Assembly (NCBI RefSeq): GCF_018977255.1 | Contig: NW_024704742.1 | Span: 67,582,001 to 67,646,000 of the forward strand | DNA: 64,000 nucleotides | Source: Callorhinchus milii | Taxonomy: Eukaryota | Reading direction: 5' to 3' | Part shown: positions 11,761-24,962 of the stretch, piece after piece | Layout: each line of letters opens with the position of its first letter | Numbering within the stretch: the stretch's first letter is position 1 | Notes under the pieces: generated by a model | What the model was told of the DNA's origin: nothing | Databases searched by the model: none | Seen by the model: only the letters and a program-made list of their open reading frames with translations | Translations under genes and position numbers: made by a program

Positions 11761-13373
11761 TAACGCTTTGCTTATAACACAGACTGTGAGCCATTGAACG
11801 CAGAGAATCACAAGATAATGAGGTTCCCCTGTATGTGCTGGCCCAATGTTGTGCAGTAGGCATGACATTATATCTAGTTTAAGCCAGTAAGACCATTTTG
11901 TCTTAAAATGAAGGTTTGCACAGAATTGTAGACAATCTGTCAGTTCAGCCTTAATTTTGAAGTCGTTCTTAAAAAAAAGCCATCTTCCAAATTAAGAGCA
12001 AATTGGCGAATTTTCCACAATTTCACACAATGTTAAATCTTAAGGGAAAATGGTGTAACAGGCTAACACAAGGTGGGATTTCAGGTTTATCATTTTTTTT
12101 AAAGACTGGGTAAAAAATTTTTTGTGTGTGTATGAAGGTTTGGAGGATATTTGTTAATAATCTTCCGTATGTCACGATTAATATCTATATTAACAATAAC
12201 ATGTCGTAAATCTGAATAACTTGTAGTAAATGCGTCTATTCGCCAACTCTAGAAATTCCTGAAACGCCATCTAGTCTGCACCTGGAAGATCATTTTCACA
12301 TTTGATCAGATAAAGAAGACGTTTTGTCCTATCGATCTCATCCTTCTAGAATACCCACGCTATTGTCATCAAATCTCAATGTCCAGGCCTCAACCACCGT
12401 CATTGTCCAGTCATTAAAGAAGAGATGTTCTGGTTTCAGTCCTGAAAATTGCTCTTTGCATCTAATCCTATGCCCTCCTGCTCCACTGTTTTGGTGCATT
12501 GTTTCCATATTTTAGATCACGCAGAATTGGGGGAAATTCTTCACTACCCTCTTAATTTCTTTTCACAAACTGCTGAATAGTGGCTTCCAAACTAAGACTG
12601 AGGAATTCTCCACAAGTCCACGCCGTCCTTAAATTACAAGACAAAATTGGTCTCACAGGCGAAGTCTAGGTGGAATTGCGAGTTGATACAATAAAACACA
12701 ATTTATTTTTATACAGTGCCTTTCATGTCAGGAAGACTTCTCAAAGCGCTTGATGATGCTGGTTGGGCTCCCGAGCTGGGGGTGACGTATCGGAGTCCCA
12801 GATAATGTTACCAATGCAATACGATTTCAAACTGAATACGTTAGGTCTGCCATGATGTGCTTTAAAAAGATTGATAACCCCACTTGTGATGTCTTAGATG
12901 TGCGTAAGCTTGTTTTCAGATAGTCTTGTGGGATTTCCATGCAAGAGACAAAACAGAGAGATACTTGGGAAGCAAGGATATTAAAGGGACATGGAGAAAA
13001 GGTACAGAAATGGGATTCTAACATGTTCATGTTATATTCTGGAGGAACAAGCTCAAGACAATGAACAACCTCTCTGTGTTCCTTTCTGTTCTTTCTGTTA
13101 GGTCAGAAAATCTACTGTTAAGCACTGTGTATTTTATCATTGAGTCACTCTGTAATACTCACTCAGGCATAAAGCAAGTGCATGTATCTAGATTGGACCC
13201 AAACATTGAAGCAAGATGTTACACCTAATCTTACAGGGACTTTTGTGCATTGGACATGCTAATACTTTGGGAATCATGTTAAGTGCTACATTGCAAGGCT
13301 GCATTGATTTGATGTGAGAAACACAGAGTGATATTTGAGTTGGGGCCCAGGATGCAGTGCTGTTGAACAAGTT

Positions 13374-13735
13374 GGAGTCCTGTAGCACATTAGTTAGAGC
13401 ATTCGCCTCACAAGTGGGAATACCCAGGTTTATTCCTGGGCAAGGCAAACCCTAGGTAAGTTTCCTTACTCCACTTGCCTCTTTTTGCCAAGCAGCAAGT
13501 AGGAACCCAGTTGTTAGCTGATTGGCAGATAGCTTTCCAGGATAATATCCCCCACAAAAAAAATTGTTTACTCAATCCACGACTGTTTGTGGATCACAGC
13601 TGTGTGCAATTAGCTGCTACATTTCACCCACAAAATACACAGTCAATCTATTTTACAGTATATTCTGTGAAGTGCTTTGAGACGTCGCAATGATGTGGTA
13701 AGGCGCAATATCAAATGCAAGTATTATTATTATTA
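13374..13735 (+). mobile_element. SINE family A with 31-bp flanking direct repeats
   Basis: Flanks at 13343-13373 and 13736-13766. Confidence 0.93.
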
Positions 13736-14350
13736 GAGCCCAGGATACAGTGCTGTTTAACAAGTTACTGTCTGGACCAAATTGAAAATTGAGATGAAAA
13801 TTGGCCTTGGCTACAACAATGTGAGTGAAGTGGAAACCTCTTCCTGCGGTGGATGAAAGCATCTCCCAGTGGAACATTTGCTGCACTTTCCTAGGGATGA
13901 TGCCAGTCTAAATATTTCCTCACAATCTTCTGCAGGATCGAAAATAACACACGGCACATGGAGAAGAGGGAAAATATTAGTTGAAGTACGTGATTGCACA
14001 AGAAAGCCTCCTTAACAGTCGGTATGACAATCTGTTCTTTGCTGTAAATTGTATTTTTTTTAATTGAGAAGACGTGTGTTTAGCCAAAGGAAACAGATTT
14101 TCTTTTAGTGTTGGTGCAGAGGAAAGCTGAGGGGAAGTTGTGAAGAGTGATTTATCTGATTGTGGATTTGTCTGATGACCCAGCAGTGAATGGGCTGGAG
14201 GTGGATTTTACAGGGAAGTGTCATAGAGGGAATATAGACCAAATCAAGCATTCTTCACCAGGTGTTCTGCCGATAATTCACACGTTAACTAACATTAAAT
14301 GACAAATGCTTCTTTTGAAATGAGAACTAAATTGATGCCCAGTGATTGTA

Positions 14351-14654
14351 CAGGGTGTCCACAAAGTCATGTTACCTCTGTTTCAAAACAGTGTTGAAAC
14401 AAGCTGTCAAGAGACTTATTTCACCTCCTAACTCCATCATGTTAAAAATATCTGAACATGATCATTATTTGTCATGAAAATGATGGCGCACCCTCACACC
14501 GATCCTCTGGCCGTGTAAATACAGTTAAACACTTGTGCAGAATACAATGAAGTACTTTTAAATACAGTTATTATCATTCTTCCACAAGTTTTAGTTGTTG
14601 GTTAGTGTACTGCAGAAAAAAACATGGGGGTAACAAGACTTTGTGAACACCTCG
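14351..14654. mobile_element. Tc1/mariner-type MITE
   Basis: TIR cagggtgtccacaaagtc / gactttgtgaacacctcg with TA on both sides; internal sequence shared with 35946-36239. Confidence 0.88.
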
Positions 14655-15989
14655 TAGATTAAGAGACAGACCGGAAGGAAGGATTTTATGTCAAAACTTC
14701 TAAGCATTTATTTTCTGGATGAAACAATGTCACATGTTCTACCTCTATCACTAGAGGGTTTAACAAATTGTTCCAGGGAGTAGCAGAGTCTATAGGTTTC
14801 AACACCAAAAATTTGTCCCCAAGTTATCAGGATAAGGGGGAGGAAAACCAACCAGGCTTCTGATCACTGAATCTTGCAGGAAACTATGTGGGGGAGGATT
14901 GCAGGTTGTTGGGGTGTATAAGGATTCCAGAACTGCAAGACGCGGAGACACATCAAGTCCATTCCTGGGATAACGTCTCCTCCCCCTCTCATTCCACCTC
15001 ATTCCTTGCCCAGCTCTTTAAAGAAGTTGAGCAAGCTCCAATAGACGTCTGATTCACCAACAACAAGTGAGGCACATTGGCTTATTTCCAAGGTCCCTAG
15101 GATGTAATGATAATTAAAGTATATCCAGTGATGCGGGTGGGGGATGGGGAGGAGGAGGCAGAAGAGGTGACTACTCTTGACCATATGATTTGGCTCATTC
15201 TCCACCCCCCCATCTCCCCCGCCACACACGCACATGCCTCACCTCATTGATGCCATCACCTGAACCCATTGCAAAGAGGGTGATCTGGTAAACATAACAG
15301 ATACGAAGACACGGGCTGTCACTGGGAGCCTGATGTACGTTGCTATCCAATTCCATTCTCAGACCCCAAGAGATTGTCAGACTATCAATAAGTGATCATC
15401 GGTGCTTCTGAGCTCCCCAAGTTCTTCAACATAATGTCCGTCTGTGAACGGTTCACTTTAACAAGACCAGACCAGGAATGTAAGTGAGGAAAATCTTGCG
15501 CAAAGTCTGAATGCACTTATTCAGCTTGAGTAGAGCTGCCACCAACCTAATGTGCTTCTTATTAAATGCAATAGAACACCTCAATGTTAATTGTCAGCTA
15601 CCTGCTTTAACCAAAGTCGTTTGTTACCTTTCTCTGTGACGCACAATTGTAAATAAAGATACTGTAATTTCTACGTAGAATGGAAGCCATACTGACCTAT
15701 TGAGTGAGTTTGTTTGTTTGCTTGTATCGCATGCACCACCATCTCAAACCCTCTTTACTACATGCATTTTGAGTGAGGATGAATCCAGTGTGAGATGGAT
15801 AGTAAACTCCAGTGTATAGGTTTACTCCTCCGCACGACTTTTGCATGAAATACAATAATCCTCGCATTTGACATGCACCCTTTTATGTTGTTGAGGTGTC
15901 TCAAAGCATTTGACAGGATTTTAAACTCTCTGTGATGCTACCTATGTGAAGGGCGTTGTATAAAACAACACGCTGTTGTTTACTGTAAT

Positions 15990-16346
15990 GTGCTGTAGCT
16001 GTGTATTTTGTTGGTGAATGCAGCAGCCAATTTGTGCACAGCAATGTCCCACAAACAGACATGAAGTGAGTGACGAATTTTATCTGGGGGAATGTTGGCC
16101 AGGACACTGGGAGAAACTCCCTTCTTTTTTCGAATAGTGTCATGGGATCTTTACTGTCCACCTGAATAGGCAGACGGGACATTGGTTTAACATCTCATTC
16201 GAAGGACAGCACCTCCAACAATGGCCCACCATCCCACTGCTACATTGGAGTATCATCCTGGACTATACGAGTTCAAAGTCCAGACAAGGGACTTGAACCC
16301 ACAACCTTCTGACTCAGAAGTGAGAGTGCTGCCAAATGAGTCAGGC
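15990..16346 (-). mobile_element. Deu-domain SINE (family B)
   Basis: Core gccgtccttcgaatgagatgttaaacc...caggtggacagtaaagatcccatgacactattcg (approximate, minus strand). Other minus copies at about 6680-6908, 8180-8325, 18650-18912, 25470-25735 and 48390-48588. Confidence 0.85.
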
Positions 16347-16954
16347 TTTTACCTGTCAGTCACCTTGAGTGAGGAAGCCAGGAACAGTGGAGCCTGTACC
16401 CCAGGTTCAGTCAGTGCCTTGAGGAGTGGAGGGGTGGGGACATTTTCCTTCCTTCATTAAACAAAATTGTCTCCAGACTTACAGTACAATACAATTTGCA
16501 TTCACACAGCGCCTTTCACGTTGGGGCTTGATACTGCTGGCTAGGCACCGGGAGGGGGCGGGAGGGTGGGTGGGGGTGGAGGGGTTGATATGGATGGGGG
16601 AAGGTGGGGGGGGAAGAAGAAAGCGCTGTCATAGAGGCTACGTCTTTAGGCCAATTTGTATGGCAGGAAGTGTGATTGGGAGAATGTGGATGGCTGGTGA
16701 TATGGGAGGCATTCTTACTACTACTGTACGTGACAACAACCCATCACGCGTATTGTCCCTAAACTGTTGCGCACAGGTGTGTTTCGGACTGTCCAATCTC
16801 AAGCTGTGGTACGTCAAGACCGAGAGCCCAGTCAGCAGGCTAGCGATCATTCATCCATTCAGCACTCATCAAATAAGCCAGTCTGAGCCAACACTACATC
16901 ACTCGTGACACAGTTGAACCATATGTGGAACTATTGAAGCGCATCCAAGTCTCA

Positions 16955-17272
16955 ACAACAACAACAAAATTACATTTTAAAGCCCCTTTCACATCAGGAG
17001 GACGTCCCAAGGCGCTGGACAGAGAGAGTTACAGACCCGAGCTGGGGGTTGGGGTCGTGGTCGGGGAGGTTGGAGGGCAAGGGGGAAAGCAGGGAGATCA
17101 AAAGCATGGTAGAAAAGGAGGGTCTTGAAGGTGGCGAGGGAGGGGGTCAGGCGGAGGGACTGTGGGATAGAGCAAGGCGGGGGACGTGAAGCAGGCCAGA
17201 GCCCGCTAAGCGGAGGGACTGAACAGGATGGTAGGGGGTTAGGAGGTCGCAGAGGTAGGGGAGAGCAAGTTT
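16955..17272 (-). mobile_element. L2 3' end
   Basis: (caa)n tail and cctttcacatcaggaggacgtcccaaggcgctg terminal motif. Confidence 0.85.
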
Positions 17273-17354
17273 ACTGCTCCTCATCTTACTGTGGTCCACT
17301 GCTCAGCTTACTGTGGACTGGACGTCTACAGAAGCATTGCCACAGCGAGCTCTG

Positions 17355-17488
17355 ATCATAGAATCATCATAGAATTATACAGCACAGAAGGAGGCCAATC
17401 GCCCATTATATCTGTGCCGGCTCTTTGAAAAGAGCTATCCAATCCCACTCCCCCGCTCTCTCCCCACAGCCCTGCAAACTTGTCCTCC
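17355..17488 (-). mobile_element. CR1 3' terminal fragment
   Basis: (atcataga)n tail with cagcacagaaggaggcca. The same terminus appears on + at about 30010-30258. Confidence 0.8.
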
Positions 17489-18382
17489 CCAACCTACTAG
17501 TGTGATGAACCAGCTTGATAGGGTCTGCAGGCAGCGATGCTACAAAGCTACACATTTAGACTGCTTGCATGATGCTTTGCTTCTATGCAGCTCCCAATAA
17601 ACACTATGTGTCCTTGCTGTACCCACTGAGGTAACATTTGAGACAAGTCATAATGTGTTGCTTGTGAAACACTGCAAATTCACTGAAGAGTGAGAAATTT
17701 CACTCTATATCTTTCAGCATTAAGAGGAACAGAGCATCCATTTAGAATAAAATAAATATGATATACCCATAATTCTTACCTTAGAAATATTGCCTGGAAC
17801 ATCAGAATGTCTCAAAGCTCTTCCCAAGACATTGCTGTGAGATTTAGTGACCATGTATTTTGTATGCAAACACAATTTACACACAAGAAAATAGCCCATA
17901 AACAACCATGAAATGAATGGCCAGATTATCTAGAGAATTGTTGGCTATGTCAGCGGGATAAAGTCCTTTCATCTGTAATGTGTGCCATCGGATAATGAAT
18001 GATGGGAGATATTTTTCACAGCTATAAGACAGTTCATGGAGTTCAGCGTCTGTGTGTTGTGCAGTAACACATGTAATAACTCCTGGCCATGTCTCACATC
18101 TAGCCTTTCTTCAGTGTGACAATAAAAATACAACCCCCCCCCCCACCCCGTGTCTGTTGTTTTAAAGCACCTTTCACATCAGAAGGATGTCCCAAAGCGC
18201 TTCACAGGATGCAATGTTTTGTGGGCACACGCAGCAGCCAATTGGCACACAACAATGTCCCACAACAAGCAATTAAGTGAATATAAATAATAATAAAATA
18301 ATAATAATTCTTGCATTTGATATAGTGGTTTTCATGTCTTTGAGATGTCTCAAAGCGCTTCACAGAATATACTGTAAAGTGA

Positions 18383-18504
18383 AACAAAACCACAAGTCGC
18401 TGGGAACACTCAGCAAGTCAGGCAGCATCTATGGAGAAAGGAAAGTGAGTCAAAGTTTCGGGTCCACCACCCTTCGTCAGAACTGGGACAATCCAATAGA
18501 CTCG
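18383..18504 (-). mobile_element. Penelope-type terminal-repeat fragment carrying a degenerate minimal hammerhead motif
   Basis: Minus strand AGTT-CTGACGA-A-GGGT-ggtgg-ACCC-GAAAC-TTT-GACT followed by ctccatagatgctgcctgacttgctgag; interrupts a SINE. Confidence 0.7.
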
Positions 18505-19117
18505 GACTGTATATTTGGGGGCAAAATGTGACAGCCAATTGTGCACAGCAGTGTCCCACAAATAGTCGTGGATTGAAGTAACCAATATTTTTCTTATTGT
18601 TTTTTTTCCTTGCGAGATTATTATCAGGGAACAACCAGTTTTATTTGGAGGATTGCGGCCAGGACACTGGGAGAACCTCCCTTCTCTTTTCCAATGGAGC
18701 CATGGGATCTTTAACATCCACCCAAATAGGCAGATGCAACCTCAGTTTAATGTCTCATCCAAGAACGGCACTTCTAATGATAGAGAACAACCCCAGCACT
18801 GCATTGGAGTGTCAGCCTGGACTAGACGTGAGCTCCAAGTCCCGATGTGGGGTTTAAACCCACAACCTTCTGACTCAGAAGCAAGATTGCTATCAACTGA
18901 GCCAGGCTGACACATCTGAGGTATGAAGAGGTGTGAGTATGAATTGCCTGCAATCGTGATCCTTGTTGCAATCTCCAGAGACTCACACAATAAATGCTAT
19001 TACAAACATTTCTTAAGAAAAAAACTTCAATCCAAGATTCGTCCTTCACGTTTCCGTAAATGTGAGATGTTTTTGGTTGACCATGCAGTGAGAGAGAGCT
19101 TCATGAGATATACAATA

Positions 19118-19484
19118 ATATAATAATAATCCTTGCATTTGATATAGCACCTTATCACGTCATTGAAATGTCTCAAAGCGTTTCACAGACTATATTGTAA
19201 AAGGAATGACTGTATTTTGTTGGCGAAACAAGGCAGCCAATTACACACAGCAGTATCCCACAAACAATTCTGAATTGAGTGAGCAAAAACATTTTTTTTG
19301 AGGGATTATTACCCCCGGAAAGCAATCCACCAATCGACTAACAACCAGTTTCCTACTTAGTGCTAGGTAAATAGAAGCGAGTGGAGTAAAGAAACTTACC
19401 TGAGATTTTGTCTTGACTGGGAATCAAAACTAGGTCCTCTCGCTTGCAACACGAGTGCTCTAACTAATACGTTACAGGACTCCA
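19118..19484 (-). mobile_element. SINE family A, full length
   Basis: Same consensus. Confidence 0.92.
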
Positions 19485-19639
19485 CAGACATCTCAAGGTG
19501 TCAAACCGGCTCTGGTAGCACTCGCAGCTCTGAGTCAGAAGATTGTGTGTTCAAACCCCATGTTGGGACTTTGTACTCAAAGCTTGACATTCAAAATCAT
19601 TTACTTCATGGCTGTGTGTGTGCATTGCTGTAAGCCCTG

Positions 19640-21076
19640 CACCTCCTTTTTCTTTCCAAGCTCCTTGAAAGAGTCATTGCTTCCCAGCTTCGCTTATTCC
19701 TACCAATCCCCTCATGAGCCCTTCCAATTGGGTTTCCGTGCTACTCACAGCACAGAAACTGCTCTGGTCAAGGTGACAAATGACATCCTGTCCATCTGTG
19801 ACCAGGCATCCCTCTGCCTCCTCATCCTTCTTGACCTCTTTGCTGCCTTCAATACCGTGAAACACTCAATCCTCCTCCACTGTGTCTCCTTTCACCTCCA
19901 CCTTTAAGGTTTTGTCCTTGAAAGGTTCACGTCTTATCTCTCACATCACCTCCAATTTGTCTCCGCCAACGATTTCTCTTCCAGCCCCGCACAGTGTCAT
20001 GTGGTGCTCCTCAGGGCTTTGTCCTTGGTTCCCCCCGTCTTCAACCTCTACATGCTCCTCCGTGGTGACATCATCTACAAACATTGGCTCAACTTCCACA
20101 TGTACCTGATGACACCCAACTCTATTTCTCTGTTTCTACCCTCGACACCAGGACCACTGCTGTGCTGACAGACTGATCAGACATCAAGTCATGGATGAGA
20201 GCCAACTTTCTTCAGTTGAACGTCAACAAGACCAAGGCTCTTCTAATTGGCTTGCACAAATGCCTCCGCACCTCAGGCACCGGCAGCATCAGCATTCGTG
20301 GATGCACACTCCACCTCACCAAGCCAGTCAGGAACCTGAGTGTCTTGTTCGACCCTCAACTGTCCTTTCTCCCCCATATTCGTGCCATGACCAGCTCTGC
20401 CTTCCCCCACCTCCACAACATTGCCCGACTCCGCCATAGCCTCATCCCTCAGGCCACCAAAAACCTCATACACGCATTCGTCACCTCAAGACTAGACTAT
20501 AGAAACTCCCTCCTTGTCAGCCTCCCCAACTCTTCCCTCCACAAGCTGCAGATCATCCAGAACTCTACAGCTCATGTCCTCTCCCACGCCAGGCTTCATG
20601 ACTCCATCACCTCACCCTCGTCCAGCTCCATTGGCTCCCCATCCCTCAGAGGATAGAATTCAAAATCCTCGTCCTCACTTTCAAGGCCCTCCATGGCCTT
20701 GCCCTTTCCTACATCTCTAACCTGCTGACCCCCTATCACCCTGTCCACTCCCTCTACTCAGCAGGCTCCGGCCTGCTCCACGTCTCCCGGCCAATCCACC
20801 CTACCATCAGTGGCCGGGCTTTCAGCCTCTCTGCCTCCACTCTCTGGAACTCCATCCCACAATCCCTTTGCCTTGCTCCGTCCCTTGTCTTCTTCAAGGC
20901 ATAACTCGAGATCCTCCTTTTCGACCGTGCCTTCAGCCGCCCTCCTAACCCCTCTGCCCTACCTCATCCCAACCCTGCCCTACCCCACGTTCAGGTCCCG
21001 AACCCCAACTGTTCAGCGCCTTGGGACATCCTCCCGATGTGAAAGGCCCTTTACAAATGTAATTTTGTTGTTGTTG
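19640..21076 (+). mobile_element. L2 element, 5'-truncated and degenerate
   Basis: GFRATHSTETALVKVTND, WMRANFLQLNVNKT, AFVTSRLDY motifs; (ttg)n tail. Confidence 0.95.
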
Positions 21077-21433
21077 TATGCAAATTAGCGGCCACATTCG
21101 CCTACAAAATACATGGTCACTACAGTGGACAGCAAATTCTGTGAAACTCGTTGAGATGTTTTGGCAACACGAGAACCATTTCATCAAATGGAAGGATTAA
21201 TGATTATTATTATTGCTGCTGCCATTCCGAGAGCAGTGACCATGAAAATAATGTATTGGCTTTGACCCTCCGGCTCCATCACACCACTTACCCAATGTCG
21301 GACACTCACCCATGTGGGAAAAGTGACTTACTTTGCCACATTACCCTCCCCACAATCTTCCCTGCTTACCCCCATTACCAGAGCTCAGAGTGAATGCAGT
21401 GCTCACTCTGCTATGGGACTCCTCGAATACACT

Positions 21434-21747
21434 TGGAGTCCCTTAGCGAGAGGACCTGGGTTTGATTCCCGGGCAGAGCAAGTTTCCTTACTCCGTCTGT
21501 TTACCTAGCATTAAGTAGGAACCTGTTTGTTAATTGATTGGTGGATCGCTTTCCAGGGGTAATAATCCCTCCAAAAAAATATTTGTGTCACTCAGTCCAC
21601 AACTTTTTGTGGGACTCTGCTGTGCACAATCGGCTGCCACGTTTTGTCCATAAAATACACAGTCAATCCACTTTACAGTATATTCTGTGAAGCGCTTTGA
21701 GATGTCTCAATGATGTGATCAGACGCAATACCAAATACAAGGATTAT
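21434..21747 (+). mobile_element. SINE family A with deletions in the head
   Basis: Same consensus. Confidence 0.9.
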
Positions 21748-22894
21748 ATTGGAGCTCAGGGTGAATTCAGTGTGCAGTGGATGTAAGTGTGAACTAACAG
21801 CCCCCAGTTTTTACACCGCTAGAGGCTGCTCTGCATTAGAACAAAACTCATTAAACATAGGAAACAGATACAAAGGTGACAAACAGATAGAAGTGAAACA
21901 GCAGGGAATTGGGATTAGAGTCAATCAATAGCTGTGGTGGGGGGGCCTAACACCAGCATAGGTTCAATGGGCGATTGGCCTCCAGCTAGGATATAAATTT
22001 CTATGATTCTGTTTCATGAATAGCCAATAGTTTGGCTACTTCCTCAGTCAGTCCCTGTGGATCTGTGAGTCATAACGGATAGTTTATAAATCCATGCTGA
22101 CTGTTTCTTATAACGTCTGTGCTTTTTTGGGAGAGCATTGACAGCATCCTGTACAATGCTCTGGGCAGGTTCCACCCCCCCTCACCCACACACACACCAC
22201 CAGCACAGCTGTCAGCTGAGTTGGTTTATGATTCCCAGGCTTAACATCTCACATCTCTCCTGAATAAGCAGATTAACTACTGCTGCTCACATGTGCTAGT
22301 GCACACAGCTGAACAGATTGTGCGAAGGAGGAAGCATTGAATAACAAAGTGCACATGACATGACACTCCAGGATTTGCGTCTTGCCCTCCTCTCCTCTCA
22401 ACTTCCCTCCCCTCACCTACATGAGTGCATTAAAAATATAATAATAATCCTTGCATTTCATATAGAGCCTTGATCATATCAACGAGACGTCTTAAAGCGC
22501 TTCACAGAATATACTGTGAAGTGAATTGACTGTATTTTGTGGGCGAAACGCAGCAGCCAATTGTGTACAGCAGTGTCCCACAAACAGTCGTGGATTGAGT
22601 GACCAATTTTCTTTAAGGGAGTATTACCAATGGAAAGCGATCTGCCAATCAACTATTTGGCTCATCATGTCAATGAGCCAAAAGTGTTACTGGCTCTTCA
22701 CATTGATTCATTATACTTTGATTTATCACTAGGCAACAGGCTCCATTCAGCTTTATTTCTGACATTGAATGTTCTCTGCAAGTACTGGAGACTTGGACTA
22801 CCACCCCACCCCCTCTCCACTCACTCCCATGCCACCTCTTCCCACCTACCAAACACTGTTGTCAATGCCAATCACAAGATCACAGGATTACCAA

Positions 22895-23190
22895 TACAAT
22901 GCAAATTGAGTTATATGGCGCCTTTCACATTGGGAGGATACCCCAAGTCACTGGATAGTCCAAGGTTTGCACCCGAGCTGGGGTAGGAGGTCGAGGGTGT
23001 GGGGGGAGGGGTGGAGAGTAAAATGGCCAAAAGCATGGTTAAAGAGGAAGGTCCTGAGATGGACTTGAAAGGGGTGAGGGAAGGCACGAGTTGAAGGGAC
23101 TCCTGGATGGAATTCCAGAGAGTGGGTAGCAGATACACTGAAAGCTTGACCACCGATGTGAAGGGGATGTGAAGCAGAGTGAGCAGTGGG
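22895..23190 (-). mobile_element. L2 3' end
   Basis: Same terminal motif as other L2 copies; reverse translation TLWNSI.ESL. Confidence 0.8.
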
Positions 23191-24017
23191 GTTAGTAGGG
23201 TTTGAGGATTGGTTTGGATGAAAAAGACCTGCAGCCCATCTGATCTCATCCTTCCAGTGCACCCACCCTACCCTCTGCCTATTATAACATCAAGCTGATT
23301 TTTAAATGAGTCCCAGTGTCCTGGCTTCAACCACCCTTCCTGGTAACCTGTTCCAGCCACTAATTAACCTCTGAGAAAAGAAAAACTTCCTGTACAGCAG
23401 TGTCACAGCATTGTCCCACAAGTGTCCTGCCATGGAGTGAGTGGGGGATTGTTGAAAGGTCACTGGGAGAAATTCCCTTCTCATTTGGACTAGGGCCATG
23501 GGAACTTTAACATCCACCTGAACAGACAGACGAGACTTCGGCTTAACATCTCATCCGATGGACGCTACCACTGAGCCAGGCTGGTCTGAGACAGACATTG
23601 AACGATGTGAGGGATTTATCACTGGGGGAGAGGAGGGCAGGAGGAAGGGGTAGATTTCAGTGTGATGTCCAGTGTGATTAATGTAAATTCTAACAACATT
23701 TTATGTCAGTGCGATTTGGCTCAGATGTTTCCAGCTTTAAATCAATGGATTTTCTCAGATCAACATGAGATCACTCGTGTTCACTCACGCTCGCACTCAC
23801 ACTGCACACAAACTCACTCATTCTGTGTGCTCCACGTGGGGAGGGAGGGGTGGGCTGTCACATGGTAGCCATTCAAAGCACTGAGGTTTCCTCTAATCGG
23901 ACAATAGGAATTTTAAAGCGCTCATTGTTTTCATGCTTTATGAGAGGTATTACAGTTAATAAAAGAAAATGCTTCTTATTCACACTTTGCTTCACAAGCG
24001 ATTTCTGCATTCATATT

Positions 24018-24222
24018 TACAAACACACTCACGCACTCACAAACACACTCATACACTCACAAACACATTCACACACATACACTCACACACACATACTCAC
24101 ACACATACAGCTACACTCACATACTCAGAAACACACACACATACATTCACACTCACATACAAACACACTCAAACAAACACACCCTCACAAACACTCACAC
24201 CCTCACAAACACACTCACGCAC
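24018..24222. repeat. Degenerate (CA)n/(CACT)n microsatellite
   Basis: Seen directly. Confidence 0.9.
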
Positions 24223-24511
24223 TGACTTTCCAAGCCACATACAAAACTCTTCATCATGTGAATGAAGGAATCTCCAACACACACTATGAGTAGTGCAGAA
24301 TTATCAGCCTCTCGGAGAGAATGATAGTGTGGGTACCATCACGACTCACTCTCCATCATACAACTTGTGGATTATAAAGACTCCACCTCCAACACATCCA
24401 GGGACCAGTCAACATGTTAAACCTCATCATGTTGCTAACCCAACGTATGTAGTATTTAGCATTATTGCACATCACGCAGTGTGACTTTTCATCCCACAGA
24501 AAACAGTAAGA

Positions 24512-24962
24512 TGTCAGCCTGGCTCAGATGGTAGCACTCTGGCCTCTGAGTCAGAAGATTGTGGGTTCAAGCCCCATGTCGGGACTTTGAACTCCAGCTG
24601 ACACTCCAGTACCGTGCCGGGGGTGTGCTGCATTGCCAGATGAAATTTTAAACTGAGGTCCTTCTGTCTGGATGTTAAATATCCCACCGCATATTCAAAA
24701 AGAGAAGGGAGTTTCTCCCAGTGTCCTGGCCAACAAATCCCACAGATAAACGTCATTCACTTTGTGATTGATTGCAGGACATTGTGGTGTGCAAAATTGA
24801 CTACTGCATTTGCCTACAAAATACACTGTTGCAGGATTTGGTTGTAATTGGCCCACAAAATACACAGTCAAACTACTTTACAGTATATCCTGTGAAGCAT
24901 TTTGAGAGGTCTCGATGACTTGATAAGGCGCTATATCAAATATAAGAATTATTATTATTATT
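24512..24962 (+). mobile_element. Deu-domain SINE (family B)
   Basis: tRNA-like head tgtcagcctggctcag...gggttcaagcccc; Deu-like core ttaaactgaggtcc...ggatgttaaa.atccc...ccagtgtcctggccaa; tail shared with family A. Confidence 0.85.

Noticed and set aside
14700..15480. Possible minus-strand exon (cacag acceptor ~15443, GAG|gtgagg donor ~15242) and AATAAA near 14707
   Set aside because: All three frames contain stops and the polypyrimidine tract is weak; there is no independent support for a transcript.
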